Made by a program: the position numbers and the translations under genes
Assembly: GCA_965363355.1 (NCBI GenBank)
Contig: CBDTTM010000001.1
Span: 5,495 to 69,494, forward strand
Direction of reading: 5' to 3'
Length of the DNA stretch: 64,000 nucleotides
Source: an uncultured Selenomonadaceae bacterium
Lineage (GTDB): Bacteria > Bacillota > Negativicutes > Selenomonadales > Selenomonadaceae
Notes under the pieces: generated by a model
Told to the model about the DNA's origin: nothing
Seen by the model: the letters and a program-made list of their open reading frames with translations, nothing else
Database searches by the model: none
In this document: positions 19,347 through 30,486 of the stretch, piece by piece
Numbering within the stretch: the first letter of the stretch is position 1
How the letters are laid out: every line of letters begins with the position of its first letter

Positions 19347-20771
19347 ATGGATCAGACTCAATTAAAGGCCACGTGGGAGCAGATTCTAAAAAAACTAGAA
19401 GATTCTCTCTCACAAATCGTATGCGAAAATTGGCTAAAGCCACTCATCCCCGTTTCGCTGACACCAACCACTTTAGAAATAGGCACTCCGACCGATTTTT
19501 CTAAAGAGTGGATTGAAACTCATTATATTCCTTTCATCATCGACGCCAGTTATGAAGTCACCCAGGCAAAACTTGAAATACGAATTACCAGTCTGCATAT
19601 AGAAAATGAAAACAGTGCTGCACCTATTCCTCAGACCAGTGCTGCAACAGTTGTGCCCGAAGCGCAGCTGCCGATGCAGGCAACATTACTCGATGAACAG
19701 ACCAATTTTCGTGCCCCTACTCCATCGCCTATTGTTCCTGGAGACCCTTCCTCTTTGAACCCTAAATATGTCTTTGAGACGTTTGTCACAGGAAATTCCA
19801 ACCGATTTGCTCATGCAGCAGCACTAGCTGTAGCTGAATCACCAGCAAGAGTTTATAACCCGTTTTTTATGTATGGCGGCGTTGGCCTCGGAAAAACTCA
19901 TCTCATGCATGCAATCGGACATAAAATTTTACAAAATCATCCAGAAATGCGCGTTCTTTACATATCAAGCGAAAAGTTTACCAATGAATTGATCAATTCG
20001 ATTCGTGATGGTAAACCAGAAGCATTCCGACAAAAATATCGGAATATTGATGTTCTTCTCGTTGATGATATTCAATTCTTATCGAAAAAAGAACATACGC
20101 AAGAAGAATTTTTTCATACATTCAACACCTTGCACGATGCAAATAAACAAATCATCATTTCAAGCGATCGTCATCCTCGAGAAATCCAAACTCTTGAAGA
20201 CCGCCTCCGTTCCCGTTTTGAATGGGGCCTCATCACAGACATCCAAGCTCCGGATCTGGAAACGCGTATCGCTATTCTTCGTAAAAAAGCATTGCTTGAA
20301 AATCTCAATGTTCCAAATGATGTCATGGTTTATATTGCCAGCCGCATCGATAACAATATTCGAGAACTCGAAGGTGCTTTGACTAGAGTCGTTGCCTTTG
20401 CTTCGCTGAATAACCAAGTGATAACGAATGAACTAGCAGCCGCTGCCCTAAAAGATGTTTTCCCGACGGGCAAGACAAAACAGATCACACTTGAATTGAT
20501 CCAAGAAATCGTCGCATCCTATTTCAAGATTAAAGTCGACGAGTTATTGGTAAAAAAGCGGACGAGAAATTTGGCATTTCCTCGACAGATTGCGATGTAT
20601 CTATGCCGAGAACTCACAGATACATCTTTGCCTAGAATAGGAGAGATGTTTGGTGGGAGAGATCATACAACTGTCATCCATGCTCATGACAAAATCAGTC
20701 GCGAACGCAATGAAGATATGAAGCTCAACAATATCATCAAAGAACTTATCCAACGAATTGAAAGTATGTAG
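19347..20771 (+). CDS. dnaA: chromosomal replication initiator protein DnaA
   Basis: Walker [11 protein letters not shown], sensor motifs, C-terminal DNA-binding domain ([11 protein letters not shown]). Start trimmed to the ATG at 19347 (RBS aaagga). 474 aa. Confidence 0.95.
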   Translation: MDQTQLKATWEQILKKLEDSLSQIVCENWLKPLIPVSLTPTTLEIGTPTDFSKEWIETHYIPFIIDASYEVTQAKLEIRITSLHIENENSAAPIPQTSAATVVPEAQLPMQATLLDEQTNFRAPTPSPIVPGDPSSLNPKYVFETFVTGNSNRFAHAAALAVAESPARVYNPFFMYGGVGLGKTHLMHAIGHKILQNHPEMRVLYISSEKFTNELINSIRDGKPEAFRQKYRNIDVLLVDDIQFLSKKEHTQEEFFHTFNTLHDANKQIIISSDRHPREIQTLEDRLRSRFEWGLITDIQAPDLETRIAILRKKALLENLNVPNDVMVYIASRIDNNIRELEGALTRVVAFASLNNQVITNELAAAALKDVFPTGKTKQITLELIQEIVASYFKIKVDELLVKKRTRNLAFPRQIAMYLCRELTDTSLPRIGEMFGGRDHTTVIHAHDKISRERNEDMKLNNIIKELIQRIESM

Positions 20772-20781
20772 TGAACAAAGC

Positions 20782-20999
20782 TGTGTATAACTATGTATTT
20801 TTCCTGTAGATGAATTGTGGGTAAGATTTATCCCTAAAAATTATGTGGATATGTGGATAACTCGACTATTATTTATAAACATGTTATTCACCACGATAAT
20901 GTTGATAACTTACCGTTTAACAGTAGTTATCAACATTTCCACAGTCCCTACGACTATTACGACTATTTTTTTATATATATTTAAAACAGTAATACTAAA
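20782..20999. other. oriC: oriC downstream DnaA-box cluster plus AT-rich unwinding region (incC-like)
   Basis: Boxes at 20782, 20816 and 20844. Perfect tgtggataa at 20852-20860. Inverted TTATCAACA pair at 20900 and 20927. Tandem tacgactat x2 at 20949-20966, then an AT-rich stretch to 20999. Confidence 0.7.
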
Positions 21000-21007
21000 G
21001 AAGAGGT

Positions 21008-22129
21008 GTGCACAAATTGAAATTTACCTGCACAAAAAGCGAATTAGTCCAAGCAGTGCAAATTGTATCCAAAGCTGTTTCGAGCAAACCACAAATGCCA
21101 ATTTTATCGGGAATATATCTAAACGCCTATGATAATACGCTTGAATTACAGGCAACAGATTATGAAATAGGCATTACTTGCAAAATTGAAGCGCAAATCG
21201 ATGAACCAGGAACCATTGTCTTGTCGGGTCGTTATTTTCAAGAAGTCGTCAGACGACTTCCTGGCGAAAATATCTCTTTGGAATTCAATCGATCAGAGCA
21301 GACGGTTCGAATTATTTCAGATTCTGCTAATTTTAATCTTTTGAGCTTACCGGCAAATGAATTTCCTGTAATAAAAGAACTTTCAGGAAATACAACCTTC
21401 ACAATTCGAGACAATATCTTTCGCGATCTTATTAAAAAAACAGTTTTTGCTTGTTCAGCTGATGAATCGCGTCCGATCTTTACAGGTTGTTTGCTTGAAG
21501 TCCATGGATCGGATATGATCATGGCTGCGACAAATACACATCGTCTTTCTGTAAAACGCGAAATCCTCGATGATTTTACGGGAAATATAAAAATTATCAT
21601 TCCTTCAAAAATCCTAAATGAATTGCTCAGAATTATGACTTCAGAAATTCCGACAAATGTTACTGTCAATTGCAGTTATAATCAAATCAGTTTTGCTTTT
21701 GACAATGTTTATGTGACATCACGTCTGATTGAAGGTCAATTTCCAGATTATACAAGAGTAATTCCTCCGCAATTTGCGACAAAGATTCAGATTGGCACAC
21801 ATGCTTTTCAATCTGCAGTTGATCGTGTATCGTTGATTTCTCGATCGGGTGATTATAATATCATTCGATTGGATTTTAAAAACAATCAAGTGTGCATAAC
21901 TTCAAATAATCCGGATATCGGTAAAGCCGAAGAGACAGTAGAGGCTTCGATAGAAGGCCCTGAACTCGATATTGCTTTTAATGCAAAATATGTTACAGAT
22001 GTATTGAAATGCCTTGAAGGGGACGTATTCTCCTTTTCTTTTAATCAGTCTTTAAGTCCGGCGGCAATGAGACCGATTAATGATGATAATTTCACTTATA
22101 TCGTGACTCCTGTACGAACAGCGCATTGA
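21008..22129 (+). CDS. dnaN: DNA polymerase III beta sliding clamp
   Basis: 373 aa with typical N-terminus (M)KFTCTKSEL. The GTG at 21008 is too close to RBS aagagg, so the TTG at 21017 is the more likely start. Confidence 0.9.
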   Translation: MHKLKFTCTKSELVQAVQIVSKAVSSKPQMPILSGIYLNAYDNTLELQATDYEIGITCKIEAQIDEPGTIVLSGRYFQEVVRRLPGENISLEFNRSEQTVRIISDSANFNLLSLPANEFPVIKELSGNTTFTIRDNIFRDLIKKTVFACSADESRPIFTGCLLEVHGSDMIMAATNTHRLSVKREILDDFTGNIKIIIPSKILNELLRIMTSEIPTNVTVNCSYNQISFAFDNVYVTSRLIEGQFPDYTRVIPPQFATKIQIGTHAFQSAVDRVSLISRSGDYNIIRLDFKNNQVCITSNNPDIGKAEETVEASIEGPELDIAFNAKYVTDVLKCLEGDVFSFSFNQSLSPAAMRPINDDNFTYIVTPVRTAH

Positions 22130-22160
22130 CAGGGACATAAAAAATAATTGCAATAATTCA

Positions 22161-22196
22161 TTAGGGACTGTATATAGCAGTCCCTAATATTTTATT
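22161..22196 (+). terminator. intrinsic terminator after dnaN
   Basis: Hairpin ttagggactg-tatatag-cagtccctaa followed by a T-rich tract. Confidence 0.6.
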
Positions 22197-22223
22197 TGAA
22201 AATGAAATATTTAGGAGGATAAT

Positions 22224-22445
22224 ATGAAAATTATAGAAATAAACACAGATACAATACAACTTGATCAACTTTTAAAATGGGGTGGAATCATCAATTCTGG
22301 CGGGCAGATGAAATTTTTGATCGAGGAAGAAAAAGTCAAATTGAATGGAGAAATCGTAACGGCTAAACGTAAAAAAATTGTTCCTGGGGACATTGTTGAA
22401 GTAGCGGATCAAGGTGTTTGGCAAGTGCAAAAACAAGGTGATTAA
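22224..22445 (+). CDS. yaaA: S4-domain RNA-binding protein YaaA/RlbA
   Basis: 73 aa with an S4-like KLNGEIVTAKRKKIVPGDIV block, in the conserved position between dnaN and recF. Confidence 0.8.
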   Translation: MKIIEINTDTIQLDQLLKWGGIINSGGQMKFLIEEEKVKLNGEIVTAKRKKIVPGDIVEVADQGVWQVQKQGD

Positions 22446-22447
22446 AA

Positions 22448-23545
22448 ATGAAAGTTAAAACCTTGACTTTACGTGATTATCGGAATTATGCTAGTCTTTT
22501 TTTGGAGTTTTCACCCAATATAAATATTTTTCTTGGTTCGAACGCGCAAGGAAAAACCAATATTATAGAAGCTCTTTATTATGGTGCTATGGGAAGATCT
22601 CATCGAACAAATACAGATGGAGATCTTATTCGCTGGAACGCAGAAGAAGCTTCTGTAAAAATCGAATACGACCGCTTGGAAGTACTCAATCAGCTGCAAT
22701 TTCAGTTCAGTCGCGAAAAACGTCGTAAGATATCTGCGAATGGACAAAACATTCGATTAAAAGAACTTATTGGCATGATAAATGCGGTTTTGTTTTCCCC
22801 CGAGGATCTTTTCCTCATCAAGGGAGCTCCTTCGGGCCGCAGACATTTTCTTGATGCAGAAATAAGCCAGGCAAGCCCAGCTTATTATCATGAATTAGCT
22901 AAATACACGCGCATTGTCACACAAAGGAATACCTTGCTCAAAAAAATTCGTGAACGCAAAGCTAAGCCAGAACTTTTGGATAGCTGGGATCCACAGCTAG
23001 CACTGTCTGCTTCACGGCTTGTCGCGAAAAGACAGTCCGCTGTAAAAAAATTGAGTATGTTAGCCAATTTGATGCATCGGCGTATATCGAAAAATGAAGA
23101 GAGTTTAAGTGTGCATTATGAAGTGAATGGATTGGAAAATGTGACAGAAGATTTGCTTTCATGGTATAATGATACCTTAAGGGAGTTTCGCCAAAATGAT
23201 ATTTTGCGCGGGTCCACGAGTGTTGGGCCACATCGAGATGATCTTGTTTTAGAAGTAAATGGTATTAACCTGAGAACCTTTGGTTCGCAGGGGCAGCAGA
23301 GGACAGGTGTTTTAGCCTTAAAACTAGCTGAGTTAGAATTCATCAAATCAGAGCAAGGGGAATATCCTATATTGCTTTTGGATGATGTGATGAGCGAGCT
23401 TGATGCCAAACGCAGAGAACAACTTTTACTGTTTATAAACCAAGAGAGGATACAGACTATCATTACAGCAACAGATGAGGCGTATTTCCCACAGATAAGG
23501 ATTGGTCGGTATTATCGTGTAGAAGCTGGCCGTATAGTGGGGTGA
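22448..23545 (+). CDS. recF: DNA replication and repair protein RecF
   Basis: Walker A GSNAQGKTNIIEA, signature GSQGQQRT, Walker B LLLDDV. Confidence 0.9.
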   Translation: MKVKTLTLRDYRNYASLFLEFSPNINIFLGSNAQGKTNIIEALYYGAMGRSHRTNTDGDLIRWNAEEASVKIEYDRLEVLNQLQFQFSREKRRKISANGQNIRLKELIGMINAVLFSPEDLFLIKGAPSGRRHFLDAEISQASPAYYHELAKYTRIVTQRNTLLKKIRERKAKPELLDSWDPQLALSASRLVAKRQSAVKKLSMLANLMHRRISKNEESLSVHYEVNGLENVTEDLLSWYNDTLREFRQNDILRGSTSVGPHRDDLVLEVNGINLRTFGSQGQQRTGVLALKLAELEFIKSEQGEYPILLLDDVMSELDAKRREQLLLFINQERIQTIITATDEAYFPQIRIGRYYRVEAGRIVG

Positions 23546-23549
23546 TTAT

Positions 23550-24470
23550 TTGGCAGCTGCCAGGGGTAAAGCTAGATTTGAACGAGTACAAGAGATTATT
23601 CCTAAAATGATCCATTCTCTGGGCATGAATAATAAGTATAAGGTCCAGCTGATTTTTTTCTATTGGAAAAAAATTGTTGGGGAAACGATTGCAGCTCAGG
23701 CATTTCCGGCAAATGTTTCTTATGGAGTATTGACACTTACGGCTAAAAATTCGGTTTGGGCCAATAATCTTATGATGATGAAAATCGATTTGATCAGCAA
23801 AATAAATCGTTTTATTGGAGATACGATTATTAAGGATATTCGTTTTCGTGGTTATTCGTGGCAGGACAAAGAAGAAAATGCCATCGGTGAACCGGAAAAT
23901 GAAAAACAGGATTTAGGTCGAATTTTACGTAAGATTCCTTTAGTAGTTACGGATATCCAAAAGGCGGAGGAGCAATGTGCTGCAGTTAAAGACCAGGAAT
24001 TGAAGCAGCAGTTGATTCGTCTTTATCAAAAAAATATAAAGCTAAAAAAAATGGAAGAAAATAAAGGTTGGCAGCCTTGTAAAAAATGCGGCGTCCTTTG
24101 TCCGCCATCCATTGTTTATTGTGCTGTTTGTGAGCGGGAAGAAAGGCAGAAAACCGAAGCTGAAATTCGTGAAATGCTTGCAGCTATGCCTTGGGCGCGT
24201 TACGCAGACATTCATAAATATATTGAATGCAGTGCAGCCATGGTCAATCAGCAGAGAGTCAAGATGTTGATGAAAACAGCATCTAAGGTAGATCCGGAAA
24301 AGCCTGACAGCTTAGCAGCAAAAACATTAGTCATGCTGTATCGCTGCGTGCCACCTGATCAGCTCACCGATGAAATCATGAGTAAGACATTACATCGGTT
24401 GCGCAATGATCTTCGGCAGCAAATCTTTAAAAAAAATACGAAAAAGTATGCAAAAAAGCAAAAGAAATGA
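23550..24470 (+). CDS. DUF721 (DciA-like) domain protein with C-terminal zinc-ribbon extension
   Basis: The N-terminal ~105 aa (FYWKKIVGETIAAQAFPANVSYGVLTLTAKNSVWANNLMMMKIDLISKINRFIG) resembles DUF721. A ~200-aa extension follows, containing CKKCGVLCPPSIVYCAVCE. TTG start. Confidence 0.65.
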   Translation: MAAARGKARFERVQEIIPKMIHSLGMNNKYKVQLIFFYWKKIVGETIAAQAFPANVSYGVLTLTAKNSVWANNLMMMKIDLISKINRFIGDTIIKDIRFRGYSWQDKEENAIGEPENEKQDLGRILRKIPLVVTDIQKAEEQCAAVKDQELKQQLIRLYQKNIKLKKMEENKGWQPCKKCGVLCPPSIVYCAVCEREERQKTEAEIREMLAAMPWARYADIHKYIECSAAMVNQQRVKMLMKTASKVDPEKPDSLAAKTLVMLYRCVPPDQLTDEIMSKTLHRLRNDLRQQIFKKNTKKYAKKQKK

Positions 24471-24480
24471 GGGTGATACC

Positions 24481-24756
24481 GTGTTTCTGCACTTAGGCGG
24501 CGATAGGGCCATAGCGATAGAGGATATCATTTCCATAGGTGAATGCAGTTCTTTTCGATTGGATTCGGCAAAAAAAGCGGATATCAATCGAGAATTTTTA
24601 GAGAAGATGCGCAGCGACGGCAAAGTGATCGATGCTTCGGAAAAAGAGCCTAAATCCTTTGTAGTTACAGCTGATAAGGTTTATCTGTCATCCATCTCTT
24701 CTATTACGTTGAAGAGGCGGGCTGCCATGATATTTGATATAGATGTTAAGAAATGA
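24481..24756 (+). CDS. DUF370 small protein, RemB/YaaB-like
   Basis: Start trimmed to the GTG at 24481 (RBS gaggg, 7-nt spacing). 91 aa, (V)FLHLGGDRAIAIEDIISI ... KSFVVTADKVYLSSISSITLKRR. Same position as B. subtilis remB, between recF and gyrB. Confidence 0.6.
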   Translation: MFLHLGGDRAIAIEDIISIGECSSFRLDSAKKADINREFLEKMRSDGKVIDASEKEPKSFVVTADKVYLSSISSITLKRRAAMIFDIDVKK

Positions 24757-24759
24757 TGA

Positions 24760-26784
<2,025 letters not shown>

Positions 26785-26800
26785 TCAAAATTTTATGAAT

Positions 26801-26840
26801 AAAAATCCCTGGTATATGTGAATATACCAGGGATTTTTGT
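26801..26840 (+). terminator. intrinsic terminator after gyrB
   Basis: Hairpin aaaaatccctggtatat-gtga-atataccagggattttt. Confidence 0.75.
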
Positions 26841-26909
26841 TTATAAAACATTAATTGACAATTTGTCTTTTGAATGATATCATTAGCTCATAGATATAAA
26901 GAGATTTAT

Positions 26910-27045
26910 TTCCTACAAGGGGAGTAGCTGAACGGCCGGTACACCGTCATCCCGAGTGAGAGCTCCGGTTCGGCCGACATGGATTTGTAAGCGAGACTTT
27001 GTTTTGTCTGGTGTTTTATCAGGCGGGGCAAGGTCTTTTTATATT
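26910..27045 (+). promoter_or_regulatory. yybP-ykoY (Mn2+) riboswitch
   Basis: Hallmark acaAGGGGAGUAGC at 26915-26929, ...cCGACAUgg..., uuGUAAGCGAGACuuugu closing P1 (acaagg/ctttgt). Upstream of a TerC-family gene, the classic regulon member. Confidence 0.75.
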
Positions 27046-27072
27046 AAATAAAAACAAGGAAGGCGGTATGAA

Positions 27073-27786
27073 ATGGAAGGTATGTTTTCAATGGAATGGA
27101 TCATGGCGTTAGGCAGTATAACATTCCTCAACATTCTCCTAAGCGGCGATAATGCGATTTTGATTGCCTTAGCTTGTAAAAATTTACCTGATAAACAGAA
27201 ATTTAAAGCGATGATGATTGGTGGTTTGGCAGCTGTACTCATTCGTGTCGTACTCACGCTATTTGCCACAAGTTTGCTAGCAATTCCCTATTTTGAGTTT
27301 ATTGGAGGTCTAGCACTTCTCTATATAGCGGTCAACTTATTGACCGATCATGGTGATGGTGATGGCGGCAGTGATAAATCTAGGTCGACCACCTTGTCTT
27401 CGGCAATAAAAACAATTTTGATTGCTGATTTGATCATGAGTATTGATAATATTTTGGGTTTGGCAGGTGTTGCTAATACGGTGAGCCAAGGTCAGTGGAG
27501 CCTGATTATTTGTGGTTTATTGATCAGTATCCCCATCGTTCTTTTCGGGGCACAGATTTTTATGTTGATTATTCAAAGATTTTCTTTCATCATATACTTA
27601 GGTGCTGGGATACTGGCATTCACAGCTGGAAAAATGGTCGTCATGGACCATGCTTTAGGGGTCTATTTCGCTCCGGTAGCTGGATTTGTTGAGGGAATAT
27701 TAGTTTTGCTTGTTCTGACGGTTGGTTGGTATATCAATCGAAAGAATGCACTTGCTTATCAAAAAGAAAATATAGATGATAAATAA
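27073..27786 (+). CDS. TerC-family integral membrane protein (YkoY/Alx-like, putative Mn2+ exporter)
   Basis: LLSGDNAILIAL and MSIDNILG TerC repeats, 237 aa. Confidence 0.8.
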   Translation: MEGMFSMEWIMALGSITFLNILLSGDNAILIALACKNLPDKQKFKAMMIGGLAAVLIRVVLTLFATSLLAIPYFEFIGGLALLYIAVNLLTDHGDGDGGSDKSRSTTLSSAIKTILIADLIMSIDNILGLAGVANTVSQGQWSLIICGLLISIPIVLFGAQIFMLIIQRFSFIIYLGAGILAFTAGKMVVMDHALGVYFAPVAGFVEGILVLLVLTVGWYINRKNALAYQKENIDDK

Positions 27787-27807
27787 TGGAATTTGGGAGG
27801 AATTGAA

Positions 27808-28665
27808 ATGAATACATTAAAAACAGCGGTGCTTATGGCTCTTTTGACAGGGATATTGGTCGCTGTCGGCGGAGTTTTTGGTGGACGTGGTGGCGCGACC
27901 ATTATGTTAATGGTTTCTTTAGGAATAAACTTCTTTTCGTATTGGTATAGCGATTCCATCGTATTAAAAGCATATGATGCAAGAGAAGTGACGCCAACTC
28001 AAGCACCTGATTTATATCGAATGGTTGAAAATTTGGCTGGCAATGCGGATTTGCCGATGCCAAAAGTGTATATCATAGATACAGATGTTCCAAATGCTTT
28101 TGCTACAGGGAGAAATCCTGCTCATGCTGTCGTTGTGGTGACTACTGGGATCATGAAGACATTGCAGTATGATGAGTTAGCTGGTGTAGTGGCTCATGAA
28201 CTGTCGCATATCAAGCATAGGGACACACTTATTAGCACTATCGTAGCTTCGATTGCCGGGGTCATTTCTTGGATAGGCAATATGGCACAGTGGGCAGCTA
28301 TATTTGGTATGGGAAGAAATGAGAATGAAGAAGAAGGCGGCGGCATGCTTGGCATGCTCTTTACGATCATCGTGGCTCCGTTGGCAGCCATGCTCATACA
28401 GATGGCTATTTCTCGTTCGCGTGAATTTGAGGCTGATGCGAGTGGTGGTAAGATTTGCGGTAATCCATTGGCTTTAGCTTCTGCTTTGGAAAAAATCGAG
28501 TATTATGCAAAAAATGCAGTGATGCAGCAAGCGACGCCATCAACGGCACATTTGTTCATCATTAATCCACTGGCTGGATCCGGCAAGAAAATCATGAATC
28601 TTTTCAGCACACATCCTTTGACGGCAGAGAGAATTGCCCGTTTAAAGCAGCAGGCCAATGCCTGA
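27808..28665 (+). CDS. htpX: zinc metalloprotease HtpX (M48)
   Basis: HELSHIKHRD zinc motif, four TM segments. Start trimmed to the ATG at 27808 behind gggagg. Confidence 0.9.
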   Translation: MNTLKTAVLMALLTGILVAVGGVFGGRGGATIMLMVSLGINFFSYWYSDSIVLKAYDAREVTPTQAPDLYRMVENLAGNADLPMPKVYIIDTDVPNAFATGRNPAHAVVVVTTGIMKTLQYDELAGVVAHELSHIKHRDTLISTIVASIAGVISWIGNMAQWAAIFGMGRNENEEEGGGMLGMLFTIIVAPLAAMLIQMAISRSREFEADASGGKICGNPLALASALEKIEYYAKNAVMQQATPSTAHLFIINPLAGSGKKIMNLFSTHPLTAERIARLKQQANA

Positions 28666-28674
28666 TAAATAGTT

Positions 28675-28716
28675 AAAAAAAGAGGAGAAAACCATAGCGG
28701 TTTTCTCCTCTTTTTA
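28675..28716. terminator. bidirectional intrinsic terminator
   Basis: Hairpin agaggagaaaacc-atagc-ggttttctcctct flanked by A7 and T5 runs. Confidence 0.75.
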
Positions 28717-28735
28717 ATGTTGCCTTTATGCAACA

Positions 28736-29290
28736 TTAGAATTTTCGTCGTTCCATTAACCCCATCAATGCGAGTATCTGATTGAGGGCAACATCTGGGA
28801 CGCTGATGTTTTTTACAACATGCGTCGAGAGTTTCCAAGAATCAAATTCTCCATTATTTTCGGCATATTCAAGATGATACTTGATTTCGTCATTGCTTTC
28901 ATTGAGCTTAAGCATACGCTCGATCAATGTGACGTAATCTACCATGATATAAATCGATTCAATACGGGATGTAAGTATTTTTTGCAGCTGTTTTAAACCA
29001 TTTGCTTCTAAGAGTACCAGGCTGATCTGATGATTAGCCAATGCGTAGAGGACATCTTCTTTGGCTAGGCCGTAATATTCTCCACGATAGGTAACTTTTT
29101 CAATCAATGAAAGCTTAAAAAAATCTTCGCGGCTCACATGCTTATAAAAAGGCGTGCGGTCATTCGTTTCAATCGGTGCGCGTGTTGTATAACTAGGAAT
29201 GTAATGGATTCCTAGCGCCTGCAGCTTTTGGGCAAAAAAACGCTTGCCTGCAGCATGAGGTCCGATGAATGCATAGATTTTATTTGCCAT
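28736..29290 (-). CDS. guanylate-kinase-like P-loop protein (divergent)
   Basis: Start trimmed to M17 (ATG at 29290). GPHAAGK P-loop and SYTTR motif. The GMP-binding GExDGxDY region is not conserved. Confidence 0.55.
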   Translation of the reverse strand: MANKIYAFIGPHAAGKRFFAQKLQALGIHYIPSYTTRAPIETNDRTPFYKHVSREDFFKLSLIEKVTYRGEYYGLAKEDVLYALANHQISLVLLEANGLKQLQKILTSRIESIYIMVDYVTLIERMLKLNESNDEIKYHLEYAENNGEFDSWKLSTHVVKNISVPDVALNQILALMGLMERRKF

Positions 29291-29388
29291 AAAACCACTC
29301 CTGCTCCCGTGCATTTTTATTTCCCGAGCATTTACCAATATATTTATTTTAACATAAATCAGATTCTTTATAAATAGGTAATATGAAG

Positions 29389-29429
29389 AAAAAAACAGAA
29401 GCGAGAGCTTCCGATCGCCCTCGCTTCTG
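29389..29429 (-). terminator. intrinsic terminator (second of two in tandem downstream of tRNA-Pro)
   Basis: Minus strand reads cagaagcgagggcgatcggaagctctcgcttctg followed by T7. Confidence 0.55.
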
Positions 29430-29532
29430 CCGCCTCTACCTTACCTTTGCCACCTACTACAAAATGTAGTAGTTCCCCAAACAGTAGGATACACCTTTTA
29501 TATTATTTTGGCAATAGGTAAAATAAATTTTT

Positions 29533-29566
29533 GCAAAAAAAAAACATTCCCAAAAGGAATGTTTTA
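29533..29566 (-). terminator. intrinsic terminator of tRNA-Pro
   Basis: Minus strand reads aaaacattcc-ttttg-ggaatgtttt followed by a long T-run. Confidence 0.6.
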
Positions 29567-29581
29567 CTTTTTTAGAAAAAA

Positions 29582-29658
29582 TGGTCGGAGCAGCAGGATT
29601 CGAACCTGCGACCCCCTGGTCCCAAGCCAGGTACTCTACCAAACTGAGCCATGCCCCG
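29582..29658 (-). tRNA. tRNA-Pro (anticodon UGG), CCA encoded
   Basis: Minus strand reads CGGGGCA-TG-GCTCAGTTTGGTAGAGT-A-CCTGG-CTTGGGA-CCAGG-GGGTC-GCAGG-TTCGAAT-CCTGC-TGCTCCG-ACCA. All four stems pair. Confidence 0.9.
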
Positions 29659-29766
29659 ATAGCCAATAAAAAAATTATAATAAGAAATGGAGGATTTGTC
29701 AATACCTTTTATGGGTTTTATAAAAAAATATATGAAAGTATGTAAAATAAAAGCTTTGAAACTGTG

Positions 29767-30486
29767 TCAAAAATAACGATTGAGAACTTTATCGTCAGTT
29801 CCAGCACGGCTATAACGATATTGCGGTCGACCGACGGTGCCATAGACCAGTTGTAGATTCAGTAATTCTAAATCTTTTAGGAAATCGAGGTATTTTCTCA
29901 TGGAAACACGGGAAATCCCTACTTGGATAGCAATTTCTTCTGTGGAGAAAAAAATACTGTCGGCTTGCTTTATTTGCTGCCAGACGCTTTTTAAGGTATT
30001 TTTGTCAATTCCTTTGGGCAGATGCATTTCGTTTGTATGTTCTTTATATAAAAGATAATTGTCGAGATGAACTTGGTCGATCAGGTTTTCTTTTTTCATG
30101 ACTTGAAGCAATTCCTTATAATTGAGTAAGGCACTGCTGAGGCGTTCAAAGTCAAAGGGCTTAATAATGTAATCAATTGCACCGAAACGAAGCGCCTGCA
30201 TGATTGTAGCGTTATCACGAGCGGCTGTTACGAGGATGACATCTACGGATTTGCTCTTTGCACGGATTTGTGTCAATAAATCGAGTCCGTTGAGCTTTGG
30301 CAGGAATATATCCAATAAAACGAGATCGATGTCTATCTTGTCGATGATAGACAAGACTTCAAGGGCATCATGGACGACGGATACGACTTTGAAGCCATCA
30401 ACTAATTCGACATAGCGCTTATTCAATTCGGCGACCATAAAATCGTCTTCAACGACTAATACATTGATCAAAGTCTCACTTCCCAT
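29767..30486 (-). CDS. response regulator, CitB/DcuR family
   Basis: Receiver domain (VLVVEDD...DLVLLDIFLP) plus C-terminal HTH. 239 aa, overlapping the kinase gene. Confidence 0.85.
   Translation of the reverse strand: MGSETLINVLVVEDDFMVAELNKRYVELVDGFKVVSVVHDALEVLSIIDKIDIDLVLLDIFLPKLNGLDLLTQIRAKSKSVDVILVTAARDNATIMQALRFGAIDYIIKPFDFERLSSALLNYKELLQVMKKENLIDQVHLDNYLLYKEHTNEMHLPKGIDKNTLKSVWQQIKQADSIFFSTEEIAIQVGISRVSMRKYLDFLKDLELLNLQLVYGTVGRPQYRYSRAGTDDKVLNRYF

Noticed and set aside
20815-21132. 105-aa ORF spanning the dnaA-dnaN spacer
   Set aside because: It covers the DnaA-box/DUE region and runs out of frame into dnaN. There is no coding signature.
29457-29702. 81-aa ORF overlapping tRNA-Pro
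   Set aside because: The region folds into a canonical tRNA-Pro(UGG) cloverleaf with an encoded CCA. The ORF is incidental.
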